Positions 50,911-64,000 are shown, counted from the stretch's first letter. The stretch: DNA of 64,000 nt from the human T2T-CHM13v2.0 reference genome, Homo sapiens (GCF_009914755.1 NC_060929.1); one strand, 5' to 3'. The notes: generated by a model from the letters alone, not told the origin. Translations and numbers: made by a program.

Positions 50911-53900
50911 TCTGCTATCATGCAGAGGGCAGGGGTCGGGGAGCTGAAAGGTGATTTCAGCTTTTCAGGTTTTAGGTTTGAACTGCTGGTAGCAGGTTGA
51001 TGGAGATCTGAGGACCACTTACATTTTCTATATCATGACTTTGCTTCAGGCAAAAAATTCATACTAGCAGGAGGGAATCTCCAGCCATCTGAAACACAGG
51101 GAATGCTGCCTACCTCAGAGAGAATCAATGAGAAAAGTAGAGGAAACAAGGCATAATTTTTAAGTGGCTGCTTATCTTTGTTAGGGGGAAAAACACCAAA
51201 AACTATCTTAAGCCAAAGATAGAGTTTTTTCTGCTAAATAAATGGCTTTTCACTCCATGATATATGATTTATGACCATTTTCATTTGCTTAAGTTCAGCT
51301 TCCATTTTAAAGAAAAGCTTTAGTTCCCAAGTTTCCATTAATACATACCACACTGTGTACTGGTATAAATTATGTGAAATTGAATTATTTTTCAATAAGC
51401 TGGGTTTCATAATTTTATTGTCCAATAAATTCAAAGCTGAGATTAATAAGTATTCTGTTAAAACCAGTGAGGGGATAATTTCATTCCCAAGTAGATAGTG
51501 TTTTGTATGTCCATGTTCAAACATGATGCAGAAATTGAGTCCTGATTTACCTCCCCACCTTGAACAGCTAAAAAACAGGACAAAATACTTGAAACAATGG
51601 CTTTAAGACATGGGTCAAAGGATACTATGGGAAATTGACCCTGATAAGAAGGGGAACAAAAAAAGTGAACTCTAGGATTGCTCCAGTTTCCTTTCTGGAG
51701 AGAGTCCGTGGGCTGTGACACAGGGAGGGGACCCAAACAGAGCGCAGCTAATTGCACTGAGTTGAGGAAACAGAATTCTGAGTTTGGGAAGACAAAGGTG
51801 CTGAAATTCTCAGGATGGAATACCAAGAGGTATGAGAAGAGTTGCACAGAGAGAGAGAGAGAGAGAGAGAGCTCTAGTGATTTGTAGAGGGTCCCACCAA
51901 TTCATCAGCAGAGTACTGACAGGCACATGCCTAAGAGCAATCTACTGAGGCCAAAGAAAAAAGCTCCAGGAAAGAGCAGGTGAAATAATTTCTGGTACTC
52001 GCACAGGCCCTGAAAGAGCAGGTACAGTGAGAAGGGGACATTGCCTACTGATAAAGGAATTAGTACCTCAGGAGGAGCTAACAGTTTCAAATACCTGTGC
52101 CCCTAGTAAGAGAAATTCAGAATACATGATGTAAAAATCCATGTTTACTCAGAGATTTTAGTACCCATTTCTCAATAACTGCTGAGACAAGAAGAAAGAA
52201 AATGAATAAGGATATAGGAGATTTGAAAAGTCCCATTAAACAAGTTGACCTAATTCATCTTTATAGAACACGTCCCAACAATGAAGAGTGTGTTTTCTTT
52301 GAAATGCATGTGGAACATTTATTTACTAAGATAGACCATATTCTGGGCAACAAAGTGTTGCTGAGTTTAAAAGGGTTGTTATGATACAAAGTATGTGCTT
52401 TGGGCATAATGGACTTAAATTACAAATCAATAACATTAAAAAGTCTGAAAAATTAATAAATAATTGGAAGTTAACCAACACAGTTCTAAATAACCCATGA
52501 GTCCAAGAAGAAATTAAGGGGAAATTAGAAAGTATCTTGAATTCAATGAAATGAAAACATGCTGTATCACGATCTGTGGAATGCACCTAAGGCAGTGCTT
52601 AGCAGGAAAGTGATAACATTAAATGTTTATGCTGAAAAGAAGAAAGGACTGAAATCAGTAACTTGAACTTTCACTTTAAGAAAATGGAAGACAAATTAAA
52701 AGGAACAGAAAACAACAAAATTGGAAGCAGGAAAACAATAATCAGTGAAATCCCAACTGGTTCTTTGGGAAGGTTAGTAAAATTGGTGAAACTAGCAAGA
52801 CTGATTGGGAATAAAGATAGAAGATAAAATGATTGATATTAGGAATATGAAAGGGGTTATTGTTATAGGTTCTACAGACCTTAAAAGTTTAATAAGGAAA
52901 TATTATGAGCAACTCTTTCCATTAAATTTCACAATATAGATAAAATGGGCAAATTTATTGAAAAGCGAACCAGTAAAACTCATTCAAGAAGAAATAGATA
53001 AATGAAATAGCTCTATATGTAGAAATAATTTGAATAGGTAGCTAAATATCTTCCTATAAAGAATGCTCCAGGTCCAAATGGCTTCCCTGGTGAATTATAC
53101 CAAAGTTTAAAGAATAAGTAATCTCAATTCTACAGAAATTCATCCACAAAATAGAACAGGAAGCATTTCCCAACTCATGTCATGGGGCCACCATTACTCT
53201 GATAAAAGCAAAGACATTCCAAAGAAAGAAAACTACAGACCAGTATCTTTCAGGAACATGGACACAAACATTCTAACCAAAATTCAAATCAAAATTTATC
53301 AAGTGATTACCACATTTAATCTAGTAACACATATATATGTTCATGTGTGTATGTATATATATATACTATATATATATAGTATATTGATATACTATATATA
53401 TAGTGTATATATATAAAGGATAACATGAACAAATGTAGTTTATCTCAAGAATGCAGAGTTGGTTTAATATTTTAAAATCAATTTTCGTGATTCACCACCT
53501 TAAGGATAATTTCAACAGGTGCACTGTGTGTCACCATTTCAGCAGATGCCAAAAAGGCTTTTGTAGTCTTACATATTGGAATCATCTGTTAGAAATGGAA
53601 AAAAACCATTTAATATAAACTCAAAAATAGGAAATACTTAGAAGTAAATTTGAATAGATATGTGCAATTTCACTACACAGAAAACTGTAAAGCGTGGTTG
53701 AGAGAAGTTAAAGAGCTAGATAACTGGAGAGAGATTCTGTTCATGGATCCAATGACAATGTTAAATGTTAATTCTCCCCAAATTTAACCAACACAGTTTC
53801 TCCCCAAATTTGATCAACACATCTTGAGATTCAGTACAATCCTAATTGAAGTCCCAGCAAGCTTTTTCATAGAGAGTAGGAAGCTGGTTCTAAAATGTAT

Positions 53901-54662
53901 ATGGAAATGCATAATACCCCTTAAAATTTGAAAAAGCAGGACATGGAGATCTTACCCTACCAGATTTCATGATTTATTATAAAACTACAGTAATCAAGAT
54001 AGCGTGATATTGGTGTAAAAATAGACATTTAGGCCAATGGGATACACTAGACTATCCGGAAATAAGTCCCATGCCTATGTGGTCAGTTTATTTTTGACAA
54101 TGTTCTAAGCCAATTCAGTGGGAAAAGTATAAGCTTATCAGTAATAGTTGCTGAAAGAAAAGACAGATGGTTTTGTGCAAAAACTAAACTTCTACTCTTA
54201 CCTCACACAATGTATAAAAGTTAACATGAGATGGACCATAGATGTAAATTTTAGATTGAAAATTATTAAACATCTGGAAGAAAACATGAAGAAAGCTGTT
54301 AGTACCCTTGTGTTAGAAAATGATTTCTTGAATATAACACACAAAAAGGTGGGAACTATTAAAAAAAAAACCCTGATAGATAAAATTTTATGAAAGTTGC
54401 TTTGATTTGACCAAAATTAAACACTGTTACCATTCAAGGGCATTGTTATGAAAATGAAAATGAAAATGCAAACCACAGGCAGGAAAAAATAGTTGCAAAT
54501 CATTATAAAATCTGACCAAGGACTTTTACTTAGGATATATAGAGCAGACTGACAACTTAATCATAAGACAAATAACAACAAAAAACTAGCAAAACCTTCA
54601 AAAAATACTTTATCATGGAAGACAGATGGTTGGCAAATACATGAAAACATATTCAGTATTAC

Positions 54663-55493
54663 TGATAGGGACAGGAGGCAGGGAAATTCTGGGCAGAAGA
54701 GGGTGGATCCCTGGTGAGGGCCCCACCCTCAAGCATGAAACTGTGGCCCAAAGTGAGAACATACATCCCTGTTTTCTCGCTGGAGTGTTGCCTTTTCCAA
54801 AACCACCCATGACCACCCCACCCCTATCCTGTGCCCCTAAAAACCTCAAGCTCTACTGGCAGAGAGAAGAGAAGCAGCTGGATGTCAGAGACTACCATTG
54901 AACGTTGGAAAGAAGTGTCTTGACTTCAGAGGGATAGCTGTCTGACAGTGTAGCTTTGGAGAGGAGTCCGGCTGGGGATGGCTGGACTCTGGGGGAAGAT
55001 TACTCTTCCGCTCTGTCCCCTTTCAGCTCCCCTTCCCACCGAGAGCCACTTTCATTGGCAATAAAATCTCCTTCATTGACCATCTCCGATTTGTTTGTGG
55101 GACCTCTTTCCTCCTGGGCACTGGACAAGAATGTGTGTGTGGGTGCAAAAGGCTGTAATACTGACCTTCCACTGAGCTGTTAATACTTAAGCTGTCCGCA
55201 GATGACAAAGCTAAAAGAGCACTGGATGTAACACTCCTTCTGGGGCTTCAGGGGTCATGGGTTACCCACTAGATGCTGCTGCAGGGCTGGTACAGAGTTT
55301 TTTCCTGCCAGCGCCCAAAAGCATTCACCCTGGCTCCTGGACCCGCTCACCTTCGTGCTCCATCCCACGAGGGGTTGAGCGCACAGGTTTGAGTGACTGG
55401 AGTTCACCCCAGCTGGCACGGAAGTAGCTGGCAGTTCCAACGCCCACACTTCAGTTCCTGCCCATGAAGGGGTGAGGGAAAAATCCTGCTTCA
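54663..55493 (+). mobile_element. ERV1-class solo LTR (LTR1/LTR27/LTR28 group), 831 bp
   Basis: Starts tgatagggacaggaggcagggaaattctgggcagaagaggg, ends gaaaaatcctgcttca (TG...CA). AATAAA at 55060-55065. L1 sequence resumes on both sides. Confidence 0.85.
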
Positions 55494-55730
55494 TTTTTAA
55501 CTATTAGGCAAATGCAAATTCAGAGCCCAGTGAAGTACTGCTATGTACAATTTAGATTTGCTAAAAGTCAAAAGCTGATTGTACACAATGTTGGCCAAGA
55601 CATAGAGGGATGGGTACAATGGGCACAAGGACACTTTTGGGGTGATGGCTGTGTTCTTTATCTCAATTGTGGTGATAGTTTCACAGGTGTTTATGTATGT
55701 CAAAACTCATCAAATTGTACAATTTCAACA

Positions 55731-55792
55731 TGTACTGCTTATTGTACATGTTGTACTGCTTATTGTACTGCATGATGTACTGCTTATTGTAC
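55731..55792. repeat. Three copies of the 17-mer tgtactgcttattgtac
   Basis: Exact copies at 55731, 55752 and 55776, separated by 4- and 7-nt spacers. Confidence 0.92.
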
Positions 55793-58700
55793 ATCAGTTA
55801 TACCTCAGTAAGGGTGTAAGATGGTGTATAGGATTTTGTAGCATACAAAGAATGTTCACATTTTTCATTTCAAACTATTAACACTTGTCTTCAGCAGGTG
55901 TTGTTCACATGGTAAACATGAAACAAAACAAGGCTGAGATACAAAAGAGATTTGGTGACTCGCCAAAAAACGTGTCCAGGCTGGAAACCACTGCTTCTTC
56001 CTTCTTCCCATTCAGATATGCTCACTCCATCACTCTTGGCCTTCCCTCTTTTTTGCCTTTATTGTGAAGTAGAATAAAGTTACTGAGATGGTCTAAGAAA
56101 ATGACAGTATTTCTATTTTTATCAAGTTTACTTAAGGAGGAGACGATTCCTTGGGCAAACACATATTTTATTAATTTTTTTAAAAGATTGTAAAATCAGT
56201 TGCTGAGTTTTAAAAAAATTCAGTCTCTCTTCAATGTCTTTAACTTAAAAAAACCGTACATGGTTTGTGTGTGTGTGTGTGCACACACACATACAATGCC
56301 TAGGTCACCAAGCTGTATTTCTTTAATATTCCTGAAATGCGAAAATTACTTTTATCACAGTTTTTACTTCCTGAGGAGGGACGTAGCCAAAGAATGAAAT
56401 ATTCTAAGAAGCATAAAAACCATAAAACACATTACTCCAAAAATTGTGGAACAGTTAGATAACTTTTGTTTTTGTAAGCAGATAAGCCAAATTCCTTGAA
56501 GAAAGAAAAAAAAATGGAAGATTTATTTTAATAAATCAAATAATAGAATTGAATTGTATTGTATTGGCCTAGATACAAATAAAGAGACCTTGGGAACAGA
56601 ATGGAGAGCTCAGAAAGAGACTTGTTTATGTGGCAGGGGTGAAATTAAAACAGCGAGAACAGGAGGGAGTACTTGATACATTTAAAAAATGATTGAAATA
56701 AATTAACAAAAGAAAAAAATTGGCTATCTTTTGGAGAAAATCAGATTCCTACTTCTGTCATGTCATGTCTTCATGTCATACAAATTAAAAATTCATTAAA
56801 ATACAAATTAGTTAATAATACAAATTCTAGGTGGATTAAAATCTAAGAAAAGCAAACTAGTAAAGTTTTCAAAAAAGTGCAGAGGGAAATCTCCTCATGA
56901 CGTCAATACAGGGAAGAATTTCCTAAATATGCATGAAAAGCAAACATTTTAAGTAAAGAAAGAATGATGACAAATAAATGCAAAAGAAAAGACCCATCCT
57001 AATTCATTCTGCATATTTGCAGCTACCCACTAGTCTTACACGCATGCATGGGACTCCTGGAGACGTTTGTTCGTGTCAGCATTGTCTATTATAGGAAAGG
57101 AAAAAAAGGAATAACCTAAATGGTAATCAGTTGGGAACTAGATAAATCAATTTGGCATTTTCATCCAATGAAATACTAAGTTAGAGTGAAAGGAATAAAG
57201 TACATCTGCATATATCAGAAGTTGTCCCATATTCTTTTAACATATGGGGCATAGTTTAACTGCAGATGTAGTAGGCTGTGTGTGCTGCATTCACTGACTT
57301 GCATTCCAAGCCACCTTCACCTTAGAGACAGCTTTGAAGAAGATGGGATTCAGAGGCTGGATATGACATGGATACTTCTTTCCTTATTGAAAATTGGAAG
57401 CCACCCAGGTCAAGTGTAGGACATATAAACTCCACATGCTCTTAGGATGTGCACACAAACTCTAAGTGCCATCATAGGCTATTTAATAAATGCAGAAGCA
57501 TGCTTTTATAATTGGGAGCATATCTACCTGCTAGTTTCTGGTGTAGCCTCTGCAGGCTTTCCTCTGACTATTTGTGAGTTTCACAGAGAGGAAAAGGGAC
57601 CTAGCCCATGCAAGATGGAAGTGGGATTCTACAAAGCGTGTCTCCCACATTGTGGTTATAAAGAGCCAATGGTCTCAGCCAAGACTCTTTCAGCGTCTGT
57701 GCTGTGGGAGGCCTGCATGGGTCCAAAATCTCTTTCCTAGCTTTATAGGGAAGATTTGAGAGTGGTGAATTAATTTACTTTCATCCAAATGCCAATTTAT
57801 TATTCAATTGCTATTAAGAGAATGCTCCTATCGCTAACCAAAATATCTTCTTTCTGGTGTTAGGTTACCTGGGAAACCCATTCAGTTGGGTGTGTTTTGA
57901 GGATCAGATCAGAACAGAGGGGATTATGTGTTCTCCTTGCGTGTTTTCTTCAGGCTACAACAGAATCCGAGGAGTATCACTGTCACACTATGTGGTCGCT
58001 ATGTTGTGCCACGGTCTTGGGCTATGTTACGTGAAGATTCTGTGAGATCAGTGTCAGTGCTTCTCCAACATTCTCAAGTGAACTGATGTAAGCTCACTTA
58101 CATTAAATGTGGCCCAGGGAAGAGAATGAATATTTTTGGAATACTAGCATTGTGCTTAGCCATTTGTGGAAAACCTGGGCTTAGTTTTGGCTACGGCTTT
58201 TCTTCTCGCTGCCTGATGCCTCTTCACTCATGACTTAACACATCTGCCAGTGGGAGAACCTATCCTTTTCATCATACGACATAATCAGAATTTCCAGCAG
58301 AAATGCCCAGCAAGTTCTAGATTCTGTGACCAGCAGGGACAGTTCAGGGCATACAACAGCTCATTTCTAAGTGCAGGAAACACTCTCATTGCATTTAAGC
58401 TGTTAATTACATGAACATACTTTTCCTTAAGAATTCAAAACGATTTCTTATAGTTCCAATTGGAAAATCATGGCCCTGAGAGTAGTTGGAGAATGTGTTG
58501 ACTATTAAAATACCAGCTTAGGTTTCTTTCTCATTTTGAGCCAAACTCTATTTTGAGTATAGGACATTGTCCACGTGTGTCAATAGTAGGACCAAACAGG
58601 GCTCAGCTTTACTCACGATGCTGGGATGTTTACATTCAACAGAATTTAACATCAGACTTGGGCATTTATAGCTGTTAGACATGAACAAAGTTCTCAGATA

Positions 58701-58842
58701 ACTGAGCAGTTTTTTCCCACCCAACAGTGACTTTATAATGGTGGACTTCTGTAGAATGAAGGCACTGTAAAATTTTAGAAGCCTTCAGAAACCTCAACAT
58801 TTTAGCCTTGGTTTTTGAGTAGAGTCAGAATGGAGTGAAAAT

Positions 58843-59152
58843 ATAGTCAGTTTCCATTATTTGCAGGTTCCATATTTGTGAATTTACCTACTCTCTGGAA
58901 TTTCTTTGTAACTCCAAAATTAATTATTGGTGTCATTCACAGAGTTCAATGATAATTAATTAACACTGTATTAAATACAGTATCTTTAAACAGACGCACA
59001 CATAAAACAAGGTTCTGCATTGATTTGTTGACGAAAATATTGTGACCAGGGGTGCATAGGAACATAACCCTGTATTTAATGATCAGTTTTCTCTAATTCA
59101 GTGTCCATGGCAACTTTATAGACATAACTACCTCGAGTAAAAAGAATTGACC
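58843..59152. mobile_element. MER82-like (TcMar-Tigger) relic
   Basis: cattatttgcaggttccatatttgtgaatttacctact...tttgtaactccaaaat...acacataaaacaaggtt...tgtgaccagggg...aaccctgtattt. Confidence 0.7.
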
Positions 59153-60254
59153 ATACCTTAGCTTGGGAGAAGTGAACAATGGCAATATCAATAAAATAAC
59201 CTATGGAAATGACATTGCAGTTGCTGACTTCACATTCTATCTCTATCGTTGCCTTCTCCACCTTCATATCTGATGTAGTGAAACAATATATGCCTTGGCT
59301 TCGATGTCTCTGTGAGTTGTGTTTTTGTCCCACTCAACAATTTAAGCCTATTGTTGACATATAGTAAAACCGTGATTGTATTAGAAAACCTGTAGAACAG
59401 GTCCATGCCAAGGATTAAGGAATTTCAGGATTAAAATTCTGAGACAAAGATCCCTAAGTCCGCATGTCTTTGATAAATGATCCCTGGATGTTGACAGTGA
59501 CATTTGCTCATCAGCCACCAGTGCCTTTGGCAAGGAATTGCCTGCAGGTGGCGGATCAGGTGACGCATCATCGCGGCACTCTTGTGGGCTCCTGAGACAG
59601 CCATGTAAAGAGAGCCTAAGGATAACATGCCAGGCGTGTGCAGCCTGTTCGGGACACTTTTGTGATGGGAGTGGGTCTGATCCAGATAAAACCACTGCCT
59701 CTTCCTCAGGGCGTGTGCTAGGGAATCTTTTGATGTCAGGCCAGCTGAACTTGTTGGAGCCGAGCCACCTTCCCCATGCTGAGTGGTGTGAAATCAGCTC
59801 CACCTTCACAAGGGGCTGTTTCTGTCCCTCCAGTGGTATTTAAGGAGAGAAGGGACCCTCTAAAGGGGCCACCAGGATCAGGCCCAGCTCTGCTTTGTAG
59901 GCACCAGCTGTGGGGCCCGTGCTTCCCTCCATCATGCAGAAGGTTGCAGGAACTCAGGCCAGGAGGTGTCATTAGGACACATTACAATGTGCTGGACAGG
60001 ACTTTTACAAAGTGCTGGTGTTCAACAGCAGCCCATGCATGTAAGGGATTGGCTTATGGGTGCTCAGCCTCCCCTGTGATCTTTTTCAGCCCCCTCAAGC
60101 TACTACAGAGCTATGTAAAATGATGGTATTGGCTTTGCAAACCCAACTTTAAGACATGTTCCAGCCTCCCCTCCCGAGACAGGCTACCCAAGGCCCCTGC
60201 AGGAGGAAAAATTGGGGAGCCACAGACCACACGTGTTAACGCACACTGCTGTGA

Positions 60255-60490
60255 GGAGTTCGGAGTGGAAGTTAAGAGCACAGGTCTGCAATCCACTGAA
60301 CTAGGCCACTTTCAGTGTCACCGTGCACACGTTACGAAGACCCTGGTCAGGGAAACCACTTGTCCTCAGTTTCCTCATCTATAAAATCATAATCATAACA
60401 GCAGCAGCTCAGAGGGATGTGGGAGATTTGCAAAGATAGTTCTTAGCACAGTGCCGGGCACGGCGTGATAGGTACTCGGGAAATTTTAGT
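60255..60490 (+). mobile_element. MIR
   Basis: gttaagagcacagg...cctcagtttcctcatctataaaat...cttagcacagtgccgggcac. Confidence 0.8.
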
Positions 60491-61469
60491 GATTGCAATG
60501 AGTCTTCCAGTGTCCCAGAGTATCTTTTCCTGAACTCTGAATGTGGTGCAGCTCCTTCGTTCAACAGGTGAGTAATAAAGATACTGATACCAATGGGATC
60601 TAGGCTGCATTTGAGTTACTTTTTAATTAGCACTTTGAACAGTATTTCTTGTGCAAAATTTATGTGCTGAAATCAGAAAGCACAAGAAGAGTATAAACTT
60701 TTGCAGTAATGACAGCAGTGTGCAAATTTTGAATGAAGCACAAGTCTCAGAATATCCCTTTCCTTTGTTCTTCTGACCCTGTTGGCAAGATTTTTGTGCT
60801 CCTGTGGTCTGGCCACCATTTCTTAGACTAAACCCTGTGCAATGATCATCTTGATAAGAAAAGAAAAGAAATGTGTGGCATTTTCATATAACTCAACTCA
60901 CTGATTACAATCTATTTATTTCCCTTTTGTGTGGTAGCCTGGCTGGCTAGAGGCATTTCTTACATTGTTGTAAATGTCAACTCCATTTCAGCCAAGAAGG
61001 TCCACCGGAAGATTCCAGATGGAAAGGTGGTGGACAAGATATTTTTGAAAGCCTCAAAACTGACTCCCCTTCTCCTTGTTAGGGCATTGTGCTTACCCAC
61101 CGTTATTTATTTCAGTTCAACAAGTAATTATGGAGAGGCTAGGCCCTGGAATTAGAGCAGGAAACAGAAGGAATGAAACCTCTTGCCCTCATGGAGCTTA
61201 CACTCTACCAGGAGAAGGAGCAAACATAACATGCAACGCATCAGTAAGTTTTATACTTGTTAGAAGATGGAGAGTATTGTGGGGGAAATAAGTGAATAAT
61301 ATGAGGGAGACTGCAGTGCTGGGCTAGCAGAGAGAGGGTAGCAATGATGACTTGGATGATGTAGGAGACCAACATCTACTATAAAGAGAGGGCCTCAGGG
61401 GTGTGGCTGTGGTTTAGGGGGACAGCAGGGAGGTGTGAGTGCTGGAGCAGCAATAGCCAGAAACACTGA

Positions 61470-61640
61470 ACTCTGAGTTTGGTTTTACTGCTTGCCCGCT
61501 GTATGTGACTTAATTTCTTTGAGCCTCAGTTTCTTCATGTGTAAAATGGGTATAATGAAACATCACAGGTCAGTTTCCAGATTTGATGGTTAATAAATCC
61601 TTTAGTATTTACTGCATGTGTCACAGAGAAAATGCTGAGT
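61470..61640 (+). mobile_element. MIR
   Basis: ctgtatgtgacttaatttctttgagcctcagtttcttcatgtgtaaaatgggtataat. Confidence 0.75.
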
Positions 61641-62020
61641 GAACAGTCGGAGGTTCTGTTAGGAGCAGCAGGGTGGCATTTGAAGGGCCTGATTCTGCCC
61701 TGGGCTGTGAGGCTGGCCAGCTGATGTGAGAACCCTCAGGGTCCCTTGGTTTGAGAGAGGACAGCAGGACACAGCACGTTGAGCAGTGCTCTCAGGCCAG
61801 CTCACCTGGGAGCAACACAAGGGTCATGTCCTCATTTCCTGTCTTTTCTCTCCCACCAATGCTGCAAAATGTACCAGTACCTGGACACTGTGAGTGCATT
61901 TCTCTGTTGTTGGTGTGACCACAGAGGGAAAGCAGAATTAGGAAGACATCATTGCCATGAGGTAGACTTTCTTACGTATGATCTTTTATTTTTAGAAAAT
62001 CATTTTATAAAGAAGTAGAG

Positions 62021-62368
62021 TGTATTAGTCTGTTCTCACACTGCTAATAAAGACATACCCACTACTGGGTAATTTATGAAGGAAAGAGGTTTAATTGACT
62101 CACAGTTTTACCTGGCTGGGCAGGCCTCACAATCATGGCTCAAGGTGAATGAGGAGCAAAGACACGTCTTACATGGCGGCAGGCAAGAGAGCTTGTACAG
62201 GGGAACTTCCATTTATAAAACCGTCAGCTCTCATGAGACTTATTCACTACCATGAGAACAGTATGTGGGGAGACCACCCCCTGATTAAATTATCTCTACC
62301 TGGCCCCACCCTTGACACATGGGGATTATTACAACTCAAGGTGAGATTTGGGTGGAGACATAGCCAAA
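62021..62368 (-). mobile_element. THE1 solo LTR (last few terminal bases missing)
   Basis: tgtattagtctgttctcacactgctaataaagacataccc...gagatttgggtggagacatagccaaa. Confidence 0.92.
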
Positions 62369-62378
62369 TTGGGTTAAG

Positions 62379-62380
<2 letters not shown>

Positions 62381-62412
<32 letters not shown>
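62381..62412. repeat. (AC)16 microsatellite
   Basis: Uninterrupted AC run of 32 nt. Confidence 0.97.
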
Positions 62413-62417
<5 letters not shown>

Positions 62418-64000
62418 TATGTGTGTACATATACATTATGCATATAGTAACCTCATTAATATTAACTATTCTCTATTAGAACACTTGTAATTTATTAAGT
62501 TCATATCAAACAAAATGGAATAATGGTAACTACTATCAATGAGAAAGTGTCACGGAGAAAGTTCCAGAGTCCATATTTTATACACAATCCATCTGATTGT
62601 AGAAGACATTGTGGAAGAGTCCAGGGCACTTCATGTCATGGATGAGGATGGAGAAGAGCAGGAGGAGCTAAGCTGGCTGCAAGTTTTGAATGTGGCAGAG
62701 AGGAGAAATGGGAGACACAGGTGGGAGGGAGTGAAGGAGTTTACCACTCTACAGGTGAAGAATTCGGGGGTGAGAGGAGAGTTCAGAGCTCAAGAGAAAG
62801 GTTGTTTTAAAAGTAAACCTACGATTGTTCCAAAGCTGTGGAATAAGATGGGTGAGAAGTACAGAGAAGAGGGGTGGACAGCATCCACATCACAGGAGAA
62901 GTTCCAGCTATGTGTAGTGACTGTGATGTCAAAGATGAGAGAATTTAAAAATGATAAGAATAATGAAAGATGTCAAGAAGTCCTAGGTCTGAGGAGAGGG
63001 TGCTCAGGTTTGGCTTAAATTCAAGTTGTTATAATAGAGTGGACATCTATCCAGTCAAGATGAGGATTTCGTCATGCATTACTTTTATATTTATTAAAAA
63101 TGAGCCCTCACTTAGAGATCGCATTAAATTATATAGCAAAGGATGTTCTTGATTTTCTTTCACAGGGAGCTAGATGATTCACTGAAGAAATACACTGCGC
63201 GCACTCAGCTTTTATGATTATGCTCTAAAATGTTTAATTGCAGAAGCCTTTCAAGTATTTTTTCCCTAAGCTACTTTAAAAAAAATCTTTTCATTTTGCG
63301 TTTCAGAGTTGAAACATGCATTTTTGCAGATGAATGATTAACAGGACCTATTTTATCCTGAACATTTTGAGTCTAGGCCTTTTGCACGCACAAGCTACAT
63401 GGAAACAGCATTCTCTGTCCCTTATTCAGCCTAATTCAGCCCTTCCAGAGTCCCCCAAACACCACCATGTTGCTTTATAGGAGGAAACACAGTGACAGAT
63501 CCGCTAATGAGGATTAAAGATGCCAGTGATCCTTCATGGTGAGAAATTTCTTAGAGATAGGAAAAACCCTAGGAAGCAGCAGATGATTTTCAAAATGTCA
63601 AAAACAGAATTTATGATACAAAAGAAATCAATAAATGCTGACATATAACCATGTCGGATAAGCCAGAAAAAGAGCAGTGTGGCCCAAGAGTTGAGCAGAA
63701 GAGGCAGTCACATGGAGGGTTATGAGGGGCTGAGCCAAAGAACCCACTGGAGCTAGAACAGCCCTTTGAGGTAGAAGATGCTGCTGTCTCCACGTTACAG
63801 GTGAGAAAACCAAGTCATAGGAAGTTAGCGCAGGCAGGGAACGGAGCTGCAGAAATTGAACGTGGTTTTGTACCTTTGGAGGATGGGAGCTCAGCCAGAG
63901 GCTACAGTCAGGGTGTAGAGGGCAGGACGGTTTTGGAGATACGTTCTTAGGAAGAAAGGAATTTTGAATGCCTGAAAAAAAAATCAAGTGACTGAGGGAC

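Larger units (their letters stand above)
51510..55830 (+). mobile_element. Large decayed L1M element (5' region, ORF2 remnants, 3' end), interrupted by an LTR
   Basis: ORF2 relics (gacctaattcatctttatagaaca, ccaggtccaaatggcttccctggtgaatt, gaaaactacagaccagtatc, aaaactacagtaatcaagatagcgtg), A-rich + strand, many stops. 3'-end motif tatgtcaaaactcatcaaattgtac. Confidence 0.88.

Noticed and set aside
53772-53821. 24-bp direct duplication ttctccccaaattt(a/g)a(c/t)caacaca
   Set aside because: Ordinary slippage duplication within decayed L1 ORF2, with no sign of function.
55731-55792. Repeat-spacer pattern superficially like a CRISPR array
   Set aside because: Eukaryotic context, 17-nt repeats with 4-7-nt spacers inside an L1, and no cas genes.
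62539-63018. 159-aa ATG ORF in intron 2
   Set aside because: Purine-rich sequence resembling a decayed repeat, with no domain and no similarity to adenylate cyclase sequence.

Overview
Eukaryotic genomic DNA, almost certainly human (it contains an AluYa5). The window covers the 5' end of ADCY2 (adenylate cyclase 2) on the + strand: about 17.7 kb of repeat-rich upstream sequence, a TATA-less CpG-island promoter (~17.7-19.8 kb), coding exon 1 (ATG 19146 to donor 19355), an 18,075-bp intron 1, coding exon 2 (37431-37628) and over 26 kb of intron 2. I did not recognise exon 3 in the window. Most of the remainder is interspersed repeat: 11 Alu/FLAM elements, L1, L2, MIR, THE1/MST/MLT1/MER21/LTR1-group LTRs and MER20/MER45/MER82/MADE1 DNA-transposon relics, several with readable target-site duplications (TSDs). 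The other ORFs in the track look like chance, GC-rich or repeat-derived frames. I see no evidence of a new protein-coding system. The most interesting signal is at the RNA level: a young AluYa5 is the only sense-oriented Alu among ten antisense ones, so it alone can create inverted-Alu duplexes near and across exon 2, a 198-nt, phase 0-0, stop-free exon with an in-frame strong-Kozak ATG. Repeat family names come from recalled consensus sequences rather than a database search, and the boundaries of old repeats are approximate.
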